This document shows, one piece after another, positions 21,626 through 31,575 of a stretch of 64,000 bases of DNA; the stretch's first letter is position 1; each line of letters opens with the position of its first letter. The translations under genes and the position numbers were made by a program. Source of the DNA: an uncultured Candidatus Rokubacteria bacterium. GTDB taxonomy: Bacteria > Methylomirabilota > Methylomirabilia > Rokubacteriales > DASRDR01. The notes beneath the pieces were generated by a model that saw only the letters and a list, made by a program, of their open reading frames with translations, was not told the DNA's origin and ran no database searches. The DNA is taken from contig CAWCVP010000021.1 of the NCBI GenBank assembly GCA_963799055.1, forward strand, positions 76,287 to 140,286, written 5' to 3'.

Positions 21626-22508
21626 TCACGGTTTCTTCGGAGGCTCGGGCGCGGGCACCTTGCTCCGGATCGGCGGGAGGGATCGGAGGTAGGCGAGGAT
21701 CGCGCGGAGATCCCCCTCGGCGATCCCCTGCGCGTAGTGCTGGGTCGGCATCGGCGGGATCACGCGACCTCCGCCGCGGCGGACGCCGTAGATCGAGGCG
21801 ATGATCTCGCCGTCCTTCCAGCCCCCGAGGCCGGTCTCGGGATCCGGCGTCAGGTTCGCGGAGTAGCTCACGCCCCACGGGCCGTGGAACGGGAGCCCCC
21901 CGGCGCCCGTCCGCGTCCAGTCGGGGCGGCCCTCCGGGAGAAAGGGGGTGTGGCACTCCACGCAGTGCGCCACCGGCCCGGCCAGGTACTCGCCGTACTT
22001 GACGAGGTCCTGCCGCGGGGGCTCGGCCACGACACCCACGGGCGGGCCATAGGAGTCGGGGATCGGGACCTTGTACTGGCTCCGCGGGACGACCTGGCGG
22101 ACGGGCGCGACCGTGCGCAGGTACGCCACCATGGCCTTCACGTCGCTGTCCGACAGCCGCCGATAGAGGTCGAACGGCATCGGGGGGCCGAGCGTCCGGC
22201 CGTCGGGACGCTTCCCCTCTCGGATCGCCCGGATGATCTCCGCGTCCGTCCACCGCCCGATCCCGGTCTCGGGATCCGGCGTGATATTCGGGGTGATCCA
22301 GGTTCCGAGGTCGTCGGTGAGCTGAAAGCCTCCCGCCAGGTGCTTCCCCGGCACGTCGCCTTGCGGGCCCTTCGGGGTGTGGCAGTTCCCGCAGGCGCCC
22401 AGCACTTCGACCAGGTAGCGGCCACGCTCCGCCGCGCTCTGCGCCGCGGCGGGAAACGCGGTGGCCAGTGACGAGACACGCGGTCATGAAGCTGATCAGC
22501 ACGCGCAC
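21626..22508 (-). CDS. Dihaem c-type cytochrome, signal-peptide region disrupted by a frameshift near 22466-22472
   Basis: Two CxxCH motifs (CGNCH, CVECH), each followed by ..ITPD.ETG.G.W...EI. A Sec-like leader MRVLISFMTACLV (GTG at 22508) is one frame off from LATAFPAAAQSAAERGRYLVEVLGACGNCH. Length 883 nt (mod 3 = 1). Confidence 0.8.
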
Positions 22509-22530
22509 GAGAGTCTCCCTCCTTCGGACT

Positions 22531-23643
22531 CTACTTCTTGAGCTGCTCCCAGACCGCTTCGATGTCCTTCCGGTAGCGCTCGTTCACGTCCTGGTAGCGC
22601 TTCTGGGCGACGTCGTCGTCGTAGACGTTCGTCGTCTCCGCCTCGAAATAGGAGCGCACGCCGCCGGTGAACTCGACGGCCTTCTCGGCGACCGAGCCCG
22701 TCGGGCCCTGGACCTTGTACTTCGGCGTGATCGGGAAGAGCCCGCGCTCCATGAAGACTCGCTGACCGCGCTCGGTCAGCAGGAACTCGATGAACGCCCG
22801 CGCGGCCCGGGGATGCTTGGCGCCGGCGAGAATCGCCATCGGCTCGGGCGTCACGAAGGCGTTCTTGGGCGCGACGAACTTGATGTCGAAGCCCGCGAGC
22901 ACCTCCTCGAACGCCATGTAGGACGGCACCGCGAAGCCGGCGGCGAACTCACCCTTGGCCACCACCGACGGCACGTCGCGGCTTCGGGCCGTGAAGATCC
23001 CGGTGTTGCCGCCGAGCCGCTTGAGCCAGTCCCACCCCGCCTGGTCGCCGCGGCTCTGGAGGATGATCTCGTAGGTCGCGTGGCTCGACGAGGAGCGGGT
23101 CGGCGCGCACTGGGCGACGTTGCCCTTGAGCTTCGGATGCAGGAGGTCCTCCCAGTCCTTCGGCTCGGGCACGCCCAGGCGCCGGAGGAGCCGCGGGTGA
23201 TAGACCAGCCCGTACGGCTCGAGCGCCGTTCCGATCCAGTACCCGGCCGGATCCTTGAGGGGGATCGGCTTGGGCTTGCCGAGGCCCGCGGGAATCGCGT
23301 CGGCCAGCTCGCGCGACACCTCGTGCTTGACCAGGAGCTTCTGCTCCGCGAGCTTGTCGAAGAGGGCCGACTCGCCGCCCCAGAAGATGTCCGCCTCCGG
23401 CTTGCCCTTCCACTCGACGATCCGTCCGTAGGACACGGGCGTCCCGGCGTACTGGGCGTTCGTCTTGACCGTCACGCCCCACTTCTCCTTCGCGTAGTCC
23501 GCGAAGGCTTTGAGCGCGGCGTCCACCACGAACTTGGACACCGGGGTCTGCAGGACCAGCTCGTCCTCGATCGGCGCCTGGGCGCCGGCCGGCACGGCCA
23601 TCAAGACGGTCAACGCAGTCAGCAGGACGACGACATGGCGCAC
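22531..23643 (-). CDS. ABC transporter periplasmic substrate-binding protein (family 1, Fe3+/AfuA-like)
   Basis: Signal peptide [31 protein letters not shown] lies 7 nt upstream of the GTG at 23641-23643. Body resembles FbpA/AfuA-type SBPs. Substrate not certain. Confidence 0.75.
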   Translation of the reverse strand: MRHVVVLLTALTVLMAVPAGAQAPIEDELVLQTPVSKFVVDAALKAFADYAKEKWGVTVKTNAQYAGTPVSYGRIVEWKGKPEADIFWGGESALFDKLAEQKLLVKHEVSRELADAIPAGLGKPKPIPLKDPAGYWIGTALEPYGLVYHPRLLRRLGVPEPKDWEDLLHPKLKGNVAQCAPTRSSSSHATYEIILQSRGDQAGWDWLKRLGGNTGIFTARSRDVPSVVAKGEFAAGFAVPSYMAFEEVLAGFDIKFVAPKNAFVTPEPMAILAGAKHPRAARAFIEFLLTERGQRVFMERGLFPITPKYKVQGPTGSVAEKAVEFTGGVRSYFEAETTNVYDDDVAQKRYQDVNERYRKDIEAVWEQLKK

Positions 23644-23680
23644 GGGGCCACCTCCTTCGCGATCGGTCGGGCGACACAGC

Positions 23681-23709
23681 ACCCTAACATTCCGGCCCGT
23701 CGGAGGGAA
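23681..23709 (-). promoter_or_regulatory. Weak candidate sigma70 promoter for the Fe3+-type ABC operon (TTCCCT-N17-TAGGGT)
   Basis: The -10 TAGGGT is identical to the nuoL candidate -10. The -35 matches only 3/6. It would give a ~30-nt leader containing GAAGGAGG. Confidence 0.3.
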
Positions 23710-23733
23710 TCCCGCTGACGTCTGGAGGGAGGC

Positions 23734-25253
23734 TCAGGCCTCCTCGCGGGCCCAGTCCCGGGCCCGGGCCACGGCCCGGCGCCAGCCGGCGTAGAGCGCC
23801 TCCCGCCGCGCGGCCGGCATGGTCGGCTCGAAGGCGCCGATCGAGCTGCCAGAGACCCCGGAGCGCCTCCGGGCCGGGCCAGAGGCCTGTCCCGAGCCCC
23901 GCCAGGTAGGCCGCGCCCGAGCGCCGTCGTCTCGCGGACCCGGGGCCGCAGGATGGGCAGGCCGAGCACGTCGGCCTGGAACTGGCAGAGGAAGTCGTTC
24001 TCCGTCGCGCCGCCGTCGACGCGGAGCTCGGCGGGGGCTCGCCCGGCCTCCGCGGTCATCGCGTCGAGCACGTCGCGCGTCTGGTAGGCGATCGCCTCGA
24101 GCGTCGCGCGGGCCACGTGGGCACGCGTCGTGCCGCGGGTCAGGCCCACCAGGGCGCCGCGCGCGTACATGTCCCAGTACGGCGCGCCCAGCCCCACGAA
24201 GGCGGGCACCAGGTAGACCCCGCCCGTGTCCGGCACCGAGCGCGCCAGGGGCTCGGTCTCCGCCGCCGTTCCGATCAGGCCGAGGCCGTCCCGGAGCCAC
24301 TGGACGGCGGCGCCGGCGACGAACACCGCGCCTTCGAGCGCGTAGGACACGGCCGGCGCGCCTCCCCCGCCGACGGGAGCGCCCAGGCCACCGTGGTCAG
24401 GAGCCCGGCCGTGGAGGCGATCGGCGTGTCGCCCGTGTTGAGGAGCAGGAAGCACCCCGTGCCGTACGTGTTCTTCGCGTCACCGGGCGCCACCGCCCCC
24501 TGGCCGAAGAGCGCCGCCTGCTGATCGCCGGCGATCCCCGCCACCGGGATACCGGCCGGCAGCCCCTCGTGCGCCACCGTCTCCCCGAACACCCCGGCCG
24601 AGGGGCCGACGCGCGGGAACACCTCGCGCGGGATTCCCAGGTGGCCGAGCAGCTCCGCGTCCCACTCGAGCCGCCGGATGTCGAAGCAGAGCGTCCGCGA
24701 GGCGTTCGAGGGATCGGTGGCGTGGACGCGTCCCCCGGTGAGCTGCCAGAGGAGCCACGTGTCCACGGTGCCGAAGGCCAGCTCGCCCCGGGCCGCCCGC
24801 TCGGAGAGGCCGGGCCGGCTTGCCAGCAGCCAGGCGATCTTGGTCCCCGAGAAGTAGGCGTCCAGGACCAGGCCGGTCCGGGCTCGCACGAGCGGCTCGA
24901 GCCCATCGGCGCGGAGGCGCTCGCAGAGCGGCGCCGTGCGCCGACACTGCCAGACGATCGCCCGGTGAACCGGCTCGCCCGTCCGCCGGTCCCAGAGCAG
25001 GGTCGTCTCCCGCTGGTTGGTGATGCCGATCGCGACCAGGTCGCGAGGAGCGACGCGCGCCGCCCGGAGCGCGGCCCGGGCGGCCGCCAGCTGGGTCGAC
25101 CAGATCTCGGCCGGGATCGTGCTCCACCCAGCCCGGCTGCGGGTAGTACTGGGGCAGCTCCTGGTAGCCGCGCCCGAGGACCGCCCCGTCGTCGCCGACG
25201 ACCAGGGCGGTCGACCCCGTCGTCCCCTGGTCGAGCGCGAGGATCGCCCTCAC
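23734..25253 (-). pseudogene. glpK: Glycerol kinase GlpK, about 4 frameshifts
   Basis: Segments in three frames: [22 protein letters not shown] | [45 protein letters not shown] | [33 protein letters not shown] | AAYLAG.. | [17 protein letters not shown]. Switches near 25112, 24365, 23925 and 23840. Length 1520 nt (mod 3 = 2). Confidence 0.85.
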
Positions 25254-26056
25254 GGGTGCGCGGGGGTCGCCGCGGCCGCCGTCAGGGCCGCGGCGCCGCG
25301 CAGCCGAAGGGCGAGGTCCGGCTGGTCCGTCGTCACGTAGTCCAGCGCCCGCCGCGAGCGCCCCGCGGAGCTCCTCGGGTTCGTTCACCGTCCACACTCC
25401 GATCGAGAGTCCGGCGGCGCGGGCCGCGCGGACCACCTCCGGCGTGAGCAGCGTGCGCTCGATCCCGAGGTCGTTCACCCCCTGGGCGCGGAGCCGGGGC
25501 GCGACCGCCCCGACCCCACCGACCCGCTCGGCTCCGCGGTGGGCGAGCAGCCCCGTCAAGCGGACGGACGTGGACAAGGCGCGGAGCCGCTCCAGGATCG
25601 TCCAGTCGAAGGCCATCACCGTGGTCCGGTCGGCGAACGCGGCGCCCTCGACGAGCGACAGGACCCGCTCCTCGATGCCCGGGATAGCGCGCTCCGTCCG
25701 GCCCGGTCTTGACCTCGAGCAGGAGTCCGACCGACGTCGGCTGGAGCAGCGCGAGGACCTCGGCGAGCCGCGGCACCCGCTCGTCGGCGGTCCCTCGGAT
25801 GACGACGGGCGAGAGCTCGGCCCAGGTGAGGTCGCGCACGGCGCCCCGGCCCGTCGTCGTCCGCTCGAGGGTGGGGTCGTGCACCACGACGACCTCGCCG
25901 TCGCGCGTCTGGTGGACGTCCAGCTCGACGAGGTCGACCCCGAGGCCGAGCGCCCCGCGGAAGGCCGTGAGGCTGTTCTCCGGCCAGAGGCGCGCGCCAC
26001 CCCGGTGCGCCGCGATGGCGGGCCGGCCCGCAGCCTCGGTCCCGCCGTCCCCTCAC
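25250..26056 (-). pseudogene. glpQ: Glycerophosphodiester phosphodiesterase (GlpQ/UgpQ family), 2-3 frameshifts
   Basis: [40 protein letters not shown] | [26 protein letters not shown] | [12 protein letters not shown]. Switches near 25690-25700 and 25343-25347. A third is needed near 26030 if the GTGA-coupled GTG at 26054-26056 is the start. Confidence 0.8.
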
Positions 26057-26700
26057 GACTCCGACCACGAGCGGACTTCCACCAGCTCCTCCTGGTAGCC
26101 CCGCAGGTAGTCCTCGACCCGTACCCAGTAGCGGATCCGGGGGTTGTACCAGTACGCCTCGAGCCGCCGGGGGCCCGCCCCAGCGCTCCACGCGGAGCGT
26201 GTAGAAGCGGCCCGCCACGGTGTCGATCGGCTCGACCCCGGTGCCCACCTTCCAGGTGTTGGCGTACCGGCCGTCGTTCCGTCCATCGGCGTACTGGAAC
26301 TCCTGGGCCCACGTGTCACCCGGCTTGAACGGCCACGAGAAGAAGAGGGCGGGGGGATCGTAGCGCATGAACGTGCCGTCCGCCGCCGTCTCCTCGACCA
26401 GGTGGAGATCGAGGGTCCATCGCCGCGTGACTTCGGGGACGACGCCCTGGGTCCGGACCGTGTACCCCTCCGTCGTCGCCGCGACGACCCGGTGGGTGAC
26501 CACCGACTCGGTGCCCGTGGCGGTCGTGCGCTTGAAGCTCCAGCGGTCGCCCACGCGCCACTCGGGCCGCGGGAGCGACTCCGCCGCCACCTTCTCGGCC
26601 TCCGCCTTGGGCATGTCGATGCGCGCACCCGGACGCCGCGAGCAGCACGGCCGCGCAGGAGCGCCCCTCGTCCCCACCCGCTCATAGGCGCTCCGCTCAT
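26053..26700 (-). pseudogene. Hypothetical (lipo)protein inside the ugp/glp operon, 2-3 frameshifts
   Basis: ATG at 26698-26700 overlaps the ugpE stop (ATGA). A lipobox-like [10 protein letters not shown] lies in a second frame. The body [44 protein letters not shown] lies in a third. The tail [27 protein letters not shown] is back in the first frame (switch at 26164-26176). No family recognised. Confidence 0.5.
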
Positions 26701-27544
26701 TTCTCCGGCTCGATGAGGCCCTTGATGAACCAGCGCTGCATCAGGACCACGATGGCCACCGGCGGCAGCATGGCCAGCATCGCCGTCGCCATCACGAGGT
26801 TCCAGTCCGCCGCCGCCTCCGCGGCGGCCGTCATCCGCTTGATCCCCAGGACGATCGTGTACATCCCCTCCTGCGTCGTCATGAGGAGCGGCCACAGGTA
26901 CTGGTTCCACCCGAAGATGAACAGGATCACGAAGAGCGCGGCGATGTTCGTCCGGGAGAGCGGCACCAGGATGGACCAGAAGAAGCGGAGCGGCCCCGCC
27001 CCGTCGATCCGGGCGGCCTCCAAGCAGCTCCTCGGGGACGGTCAGGAAGAACTGCCGGAAGAGGAACGTCGCCGTGGCCGAGGCGATGAGCGGGATGGTC
27101 AGGCCGGCGTACGTGTTGAGCAGGCCGAGGTCGGCCACCACCTTGAAGGTGGGCATGATCCGCACCTCGACCGGCAGCATGAGCGTCAGGAAGATCGTCC
27201 AGAAGCACGCCATGCGGAAGCGGGAAGCGGAAGTAGACGATCGCGTAGGCGGACAGGATCGAGATCGCGATCTTGCCGACCGCGACGCCCACCGCCATGA
27301 CGAGGCTGTTCCAGAGCATGACACCGACCGGGGTCGGGCCGGCCGCCCGCATGCCGGTGCCGAGGACGGTCCGGTAGTTCTCGAGGAAGCGGTCGCCGAA
27401 CCAGAGCGGCACCTTGCCCACGAGGTCTTCCGCGGTGTGCGTCGAGGCGACCAGGGTCACGTACACGGGGAAGGCCACCACGAGGATGCCCAGGATCAGC
27501 ACGGCGTGGGTGACGAACGTCCAGGCCGGCCGGCGCTCGACCAC
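26697..27544 (-). pseudogene. ugpE: sn-glycerol-3-phosphate ABC transporter permease UgpE, 2 frameshifts
   Basis: Co-linear with E. coli UgpE: (V)[24 protein letters not shown] | [38 protein letters not shown] | [20 protein letters not shown]. Switches at 27212-27222 and 27020-27026. Length 848 nt (mod 3 = 2). Confidence 0.85.
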
Positions 27545-28434
27545 GGCGTAGTACTGGACCCGGCGCTCGATGTAGCGGAACTGCACCACGGTCAGCCCGA
27601 TGACGATCGCCATCAGGACGACCGACTGCGCGGCCGAGCCGCCCGAAGTCGAGGCCGATGAAGCCGTCGTTGAACACCTTGTAGACGAGGGTCTCGGTCG
27701 CCTTGGCGGGGCCGCCCGAGGTCACCGTGTGGATGATCCCGAAGGTGTCGATGAATGCGTAGACGACGTTCACCACGACCAGGAAGAAGGTCGTCGGCGA
27801 CAGCAGCGGGAAGACGATCCGCCAGAATCGCGACGCCGGGCCCGCGCCGTCGACCGCGGCCGCCTCGATCACGGAGTGCGGGATCGCCTGGAGCCCGGCG
27901 AGGAAGAAGAGGAAGTTGTAGCTGATCTGCTTCCAGGCCGCGGCGATGATCACCAGGAACAGCGCCTGGCCCCCGTTGAGCTGGTGGTTCCACGTATAGC
28001 CGAGCCCGCGCAGGAAGTAGGCGACGATGCCCACCACCGGGTTGAACATGAAGAGCCAGAGCACGCCCGCCACGGCCGGCGCCACCGCGTAAGGCGAGAT
28101 GCAGGAGCGTCCGGTAGCCCGTCGCGCCCTTGAGCACGCGGTCCGCCATCGCGGCGAAGCAGGAGGCCCAGGCTCATCGCCACGGTGGCCGTCGACGCCG
28201 CGAAGATGACCGTCACCCGCGACGGCGTTCAGGTAGTTGGGGTCGCCGAACAGGCGCTCGAAGTTCTCGAGCCAGACGAACCGGGTCGACAGGCCGAAGG
28301 CATCCTCGAGCAGGACGGACTGGAAGAGCGCCTGCCCGGCCGGCCAGATGAAGAAGACGAGCGTGATGAGCAGCTGCGGGGCGACCAGGAGGTACGGCAG
28401 GACGCCGGTGCTGGAAGACGACGCGCTTGTGCAC
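27545..28434 (-). pseudogene. ugpA: sn-glycerol-3-phosphate ABC transporter permease UgpA, 4-5 frameshifts, no stop before ugpE
   Basis: Homologous pieces in three frames: [11 protein letters not shown] | [25 protein letters not shown].. | [20 protein letters not shown] | [16 protein letters not shown] | [48 protein letters not shown] | [29 protein letters not shown]. Switches near 28400, 28215, 28150, 28100 and 27645. Confidence 0.8.
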
Positions 28435-28497
28435 GGGCCGCTCAGCGGACGCGGGCCGCGCGCCGGGCGCGCGCGCGGCCCGCGCCCGATCACGCCG

Positions 28498-29835
28498 CTA
28501 CTTGTTCGCCCGCTCGAACTGGCGCAGGAGGTCGTTGCCGCGGGACACGAGCGTGTCCAGCGCCTCCTTCGCCGCCTTCTTGCCGGCCCACACCGCCTCC
28601 ATCTCCTCGTCCATCACGTCCCGGATCTGGACCAGGTTGCCGAGACGGATTCCCTTGGAGTTCTCCGTGGGCGGCTTGTTGTTGATCTGCCGGATCGAGG
28701 TGTCGGTCCCGGGGTTCTTCTCGTAGAACCCCTGCTTCTTCGTGAGCTCGTAGGCCGCCAGGGTGATCGGGAGGTATCCGGTCCGCTGGTGCGAGGCGGC
28801 CTGCACCTCCGGCGAGGACAGGTAGCTGAAGAACCGCGCCACCCCCTTGTACTCGTCGGGCTTGTGGCCCGGCGAGCACCCAGAGGGAGGCGCCGCCGAT
28901 GATCGAGTTCTGGGGCGCCCCGCCACGTCCGGCCAGTACGGCTGCATGCCGATGCCGAACTCGAACTTGCCCTTGCGTCTCCTTCGAGATCGCGGCGTAG
29001 GCGGCCGAGGACGCCATCCACATGCCGCACTCACCGTTCACGAACTTCGGCCGGCTGTCGCCGCGCCGGCCGCCGTAGTCGAAGAGCTTCGTCTTCTGCC
29101 ACTCGCCGAGCTGCTGGATGTGCCGGACGTGGGTGGGGCTGTTCAGCCGGAGCTCGGCGTCGAAGCCGCCGAACCCGTTCGCCTTCGTGGCGATCGGCAG
29201 GTTGTGCCAGGCAGAGAAGTTCTCGAGCTGGGTCCACCCCATCCACTCGCTGGTGAACCCGCACGGATAGCCGGCGGCCTGGATCTTCTTCCCCGCCTCC
29301 CCCACCTCGGGCCACGTGCGCGGGGGCTTGTCGGGATCGAGCCCGGCCTTCTTGAAGGCGTCCTTGTTGATGTAGAAGACCGGGGTGGAGCTGTTGAAGG
29401 GCATGGACAGCATCCGCCCGTCCGTGGTCGTGTAGTAGCCGGCGACGGCCGGCAGGTAGGCGGTCGGGTCGAACTTCTCGCCGGCGTCGGCCATCAGCTC
29501 GTAGACCGGCTTGATGGCGCCCTTGGCCGCCATCATCGTCGCCGTCCCGACCTCGAAGACCTGGACGATCTGGGGGTGCTGCTTGGCCCGGAAGGCGGCG
29601 ATGGCCCCCGTCATCGTCTCGGGGTAGGTCCCCTTGTAGACGGCGACGACCTTGTACTCGGACTGCGACTTGTTGAACCCGTCGGCGAGGTCGTTGATCC
29701 ACTCGCCGAGGGCGGCTGTCATCGCGTGCCACCACTGGATCTCGACCACGGCCTCCGCCCGCCCGGCCCCGGGGCCGACGACGAGCATGAGGCGAGGGCG
29801 ACGAGCAGGGAGAACCAGCGTCCTGATCGCGTCAT
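28498..29835 (-). pseudogene. ugpB: sn-glycerol-3-phosphate ABC transporter substrate-binding protein UgpB, 4 frameshifts
   Basis: Co-linear with E. coli UgpB: MTRSGRWFSLLVALA | ..IQWWHAM..ECGMWMASSAAYAAISKE | KGKFEFGIGMQPYWPDVAG | APQNSIIGGASLWVLAG | HKPDEYKGVARFF..TGYLPIT..GFYEKNPG..GIRLGN. ATG at 29833-29835 follows GGGAGGG. Switches near 29790, 28971-28982, 28915-28924 and 28861-28876. Confidence 0.85.
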
Positions 29836-29900
29836 GGCCTGCACCCTCCCGCGTCTATGGGTGTCATTCGGAGGTGTGGGTTCGGTCGATCCCGGCGCCC

Positions 29901-29931
29901 ATCATACTCGGCTTCCGTGACGCCCGCGCAA
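29901..29931 (-). promoter_or_regulatory. Weak candidate promoter for ugpB (TTGCGC-N19-TATGAT)
   Basis: Good -10 (TATGAT) but a 19-nt spacer and a 4/6 -35. Confidence 0.25.
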
Positions 29932-29943
29932 CGGCGCCGGACC

Positions 29944-31575
29944 TCACTCCTCCCGGAACCGGAGGCCTTGGCGGACGGCCCCCTCGTAGGCGTCGATCTC
30001 CGCCTCGGTACGGCGCCCGCTCCAGCCGAGGAGGGCGCCCATCCGCTGGGCGATGGCCGGGGCGCAATCCAGGCCGAGGCACGGCCCGGTGCCGATGCCC
30101 GTACGGCGCAGGAGCAGGTCCTGGAGCGAGACGGCGAGCTCGCGCTCGACCGCCCAGTGCACCTGGGCGGCGATCTCCGGCGCGTTCTTGCAGAGCCGGT
30201 CGGTGCCCCCGGGCAGCCGGCGCGCCGCGTCGAGGACGGCCCGCGCGCGGCGCCCGTAGGTCGTCACGAGCATCTCCACCTGCTCCCGCTCGAGCCCGGA
30301 GCTCCGGACCGCCTCGGTCACATCCATCATCGCCCGAACCTCGAGGGTGCCCGCCTCCTCGTCCTCCCCATCCAGCGCGATGCGCGCGGTGTCCGAGGGG
30401 CCGCCCCGGCCGAGCCGCCGCGCCACCTCGGTCCCCACGTGCTCCGCCAGGCTCCGGAAGCACGTCAGCTTGGTCCCGGTGATCGAGAGGAAGCGGCCGG
30501 CGGGCCCTTCGGCGACCACGCGGTGCTGGCGGGAGACCGCCGAGGCGCGCCGGCTGACGGCGCCGTCGAAGCTCAACGGGCGGACGCCCGCGTACGTGTA
30601 GGCGACGTTCGCCTCGGTGATCCGCGGGTCCGTGAGCAGGCGGCGCGCCGCCTCGAGCAGGTACTCCACGTCGGCGCGGGTCGCCCACACCCGATCGGGG
30701 TTGTCGGCGTAGTCGGTGTCGGTGGTGCCGACCAGCGAGAACTCCCGCCAGGGGATCACGAAGACCAGCCGGTCGTCGTTCGTGGCGAGATAGAGCGCAC
30801 GCTCCGTGAGGCGGGGTAGGAGCAGGTGTGCGCCCTTCGTGGTCCGCAAGATACGCTCGCCGCGATCCTCGACGCCGGCGCGGGCGCGGATGCGGTCCAC
30901 CCAGGGTCCGGCCGCGTTGACGAGGATCCGCCCGTGGAGCTCCACCACGTCCCCGCCGACCAGGTCCCGCACGCGCGCCGTCCAGCCGCCATCGGGGCGC
31001 TCCCGGAATTCCTCAGCCTGGGCGTAGTTGAGCGCGTGCGCGCCGGCGCGACGGGCGGAGAGCACGTTCTCGAGGCAGAGGCGCTCCGGGGAGAGGAGGA
31101 GGTCGTCGAAGTAGTATCCCGCGCCCAGGAGCCCCTCCGGGCGCAGCGTCGGCTCGAGCGCACGCGCCCGGGCGTCGTCCATCGTGCCGTATCGGGGCGT
31201 TCGCTTGCCCGGCGTGAGGAGATCGTAGAGCCGGAGCCCCAGGCGCACCTTGATCAGGCTGCGCGGGCCGTCCCGGTAGACCGGCATCAGGAACGGAAGG
31301 GGGCGGATCAGCTGGGGCGCCAGCCGCGCGAGGGTCTCTCGCTCCCGGAGCGATTCCCGGACCAGCCGGAAGTCGAAGAGCTCGAGGTACCGGAGGCCCC
31401 CGTGGATGAGCTTGGAGGAGCGCGAGGTCGTCCCGGCGGCGAAGTCCGTCTTCTCCACGAGCACGCAGGAGAGGCCGCGCTGCGCGAGGTCCCGCGCGAC
31501 GCCGGCGCCGGCCATGCCGCCGCCGACGATGACGGCGTCGAACACGTCCCGGTCGAGCCCCGCCAGCCGGCTCAC
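29944..31575 (-). CDS. glpD: FAD-dependent glycerol-3-phosphate dehydrogenase GlpD
   Basis: Intact 543 aa. FDAVIVGGGMAGAGVARDLAQRG..EK.DFA.GTSSRSSKLIHGG.RYLE..; GTG at 31573-31575 overlaps the upstream stop (GTGA). The 816-aa track ORF is read-through. Confidence 0.9.
   Translation of the reverse strand: MSRLAGLDRDVFDAVIVGGGMAGAGVARDLAQRGLSCVLVEKTDFAAGTTSRSSKLIHGGLRYLELFDFRLVRESLRERETLARLAPQLIRPLPFLMPVYRDGPRSLIKVRLGLRLYDLLTPGKRTPRYGTMDDARARALEPTLRPEGLLGAGYYFDDLLLSPERLCLENVLSARRAGAHALNYAQAEEFRERPDGGWTARVRDLVGGDVVELHGRILVNAAGPWVDRIRARAGVEDRGERILRTTKGAHLLLPRLTERALYLATNDDRLVFVIPWREFSLVGTTDTDYADNPDRVWATRADVEYLLEAARRLLTDPRITEANVAYTYAGVRPLSFDGAVSRRASAVSRQHRVVAEGPAGRFLSITGTKLTCFRSLAEHVGTEVARRLGRGGPSDTARIALDGEDEEAGTLEVRAMMDVTEAVRSSGLEREQVEMLVTTYGRRARAVLDAARRLPGGTDRLCKNAPEIAAQVHWAVERELAVSLQDLLLRRTGIGTGPCLGLDCAPAIAQRMGALLGWSGRRTEAEIDAYEGAVRQGLRFREE

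Noticed and set aside
24480-26312. 610-aa ORF spanning glpQ and glpK, and the 816-aa ORF at 29944-32394.
   Set aside because: These are chimeras of out-of-frame read-through plus real segments. Only the parts matching GlpQ, GlpK and GlpD are coding, and the rest is Arg/Pro/Gly filler.
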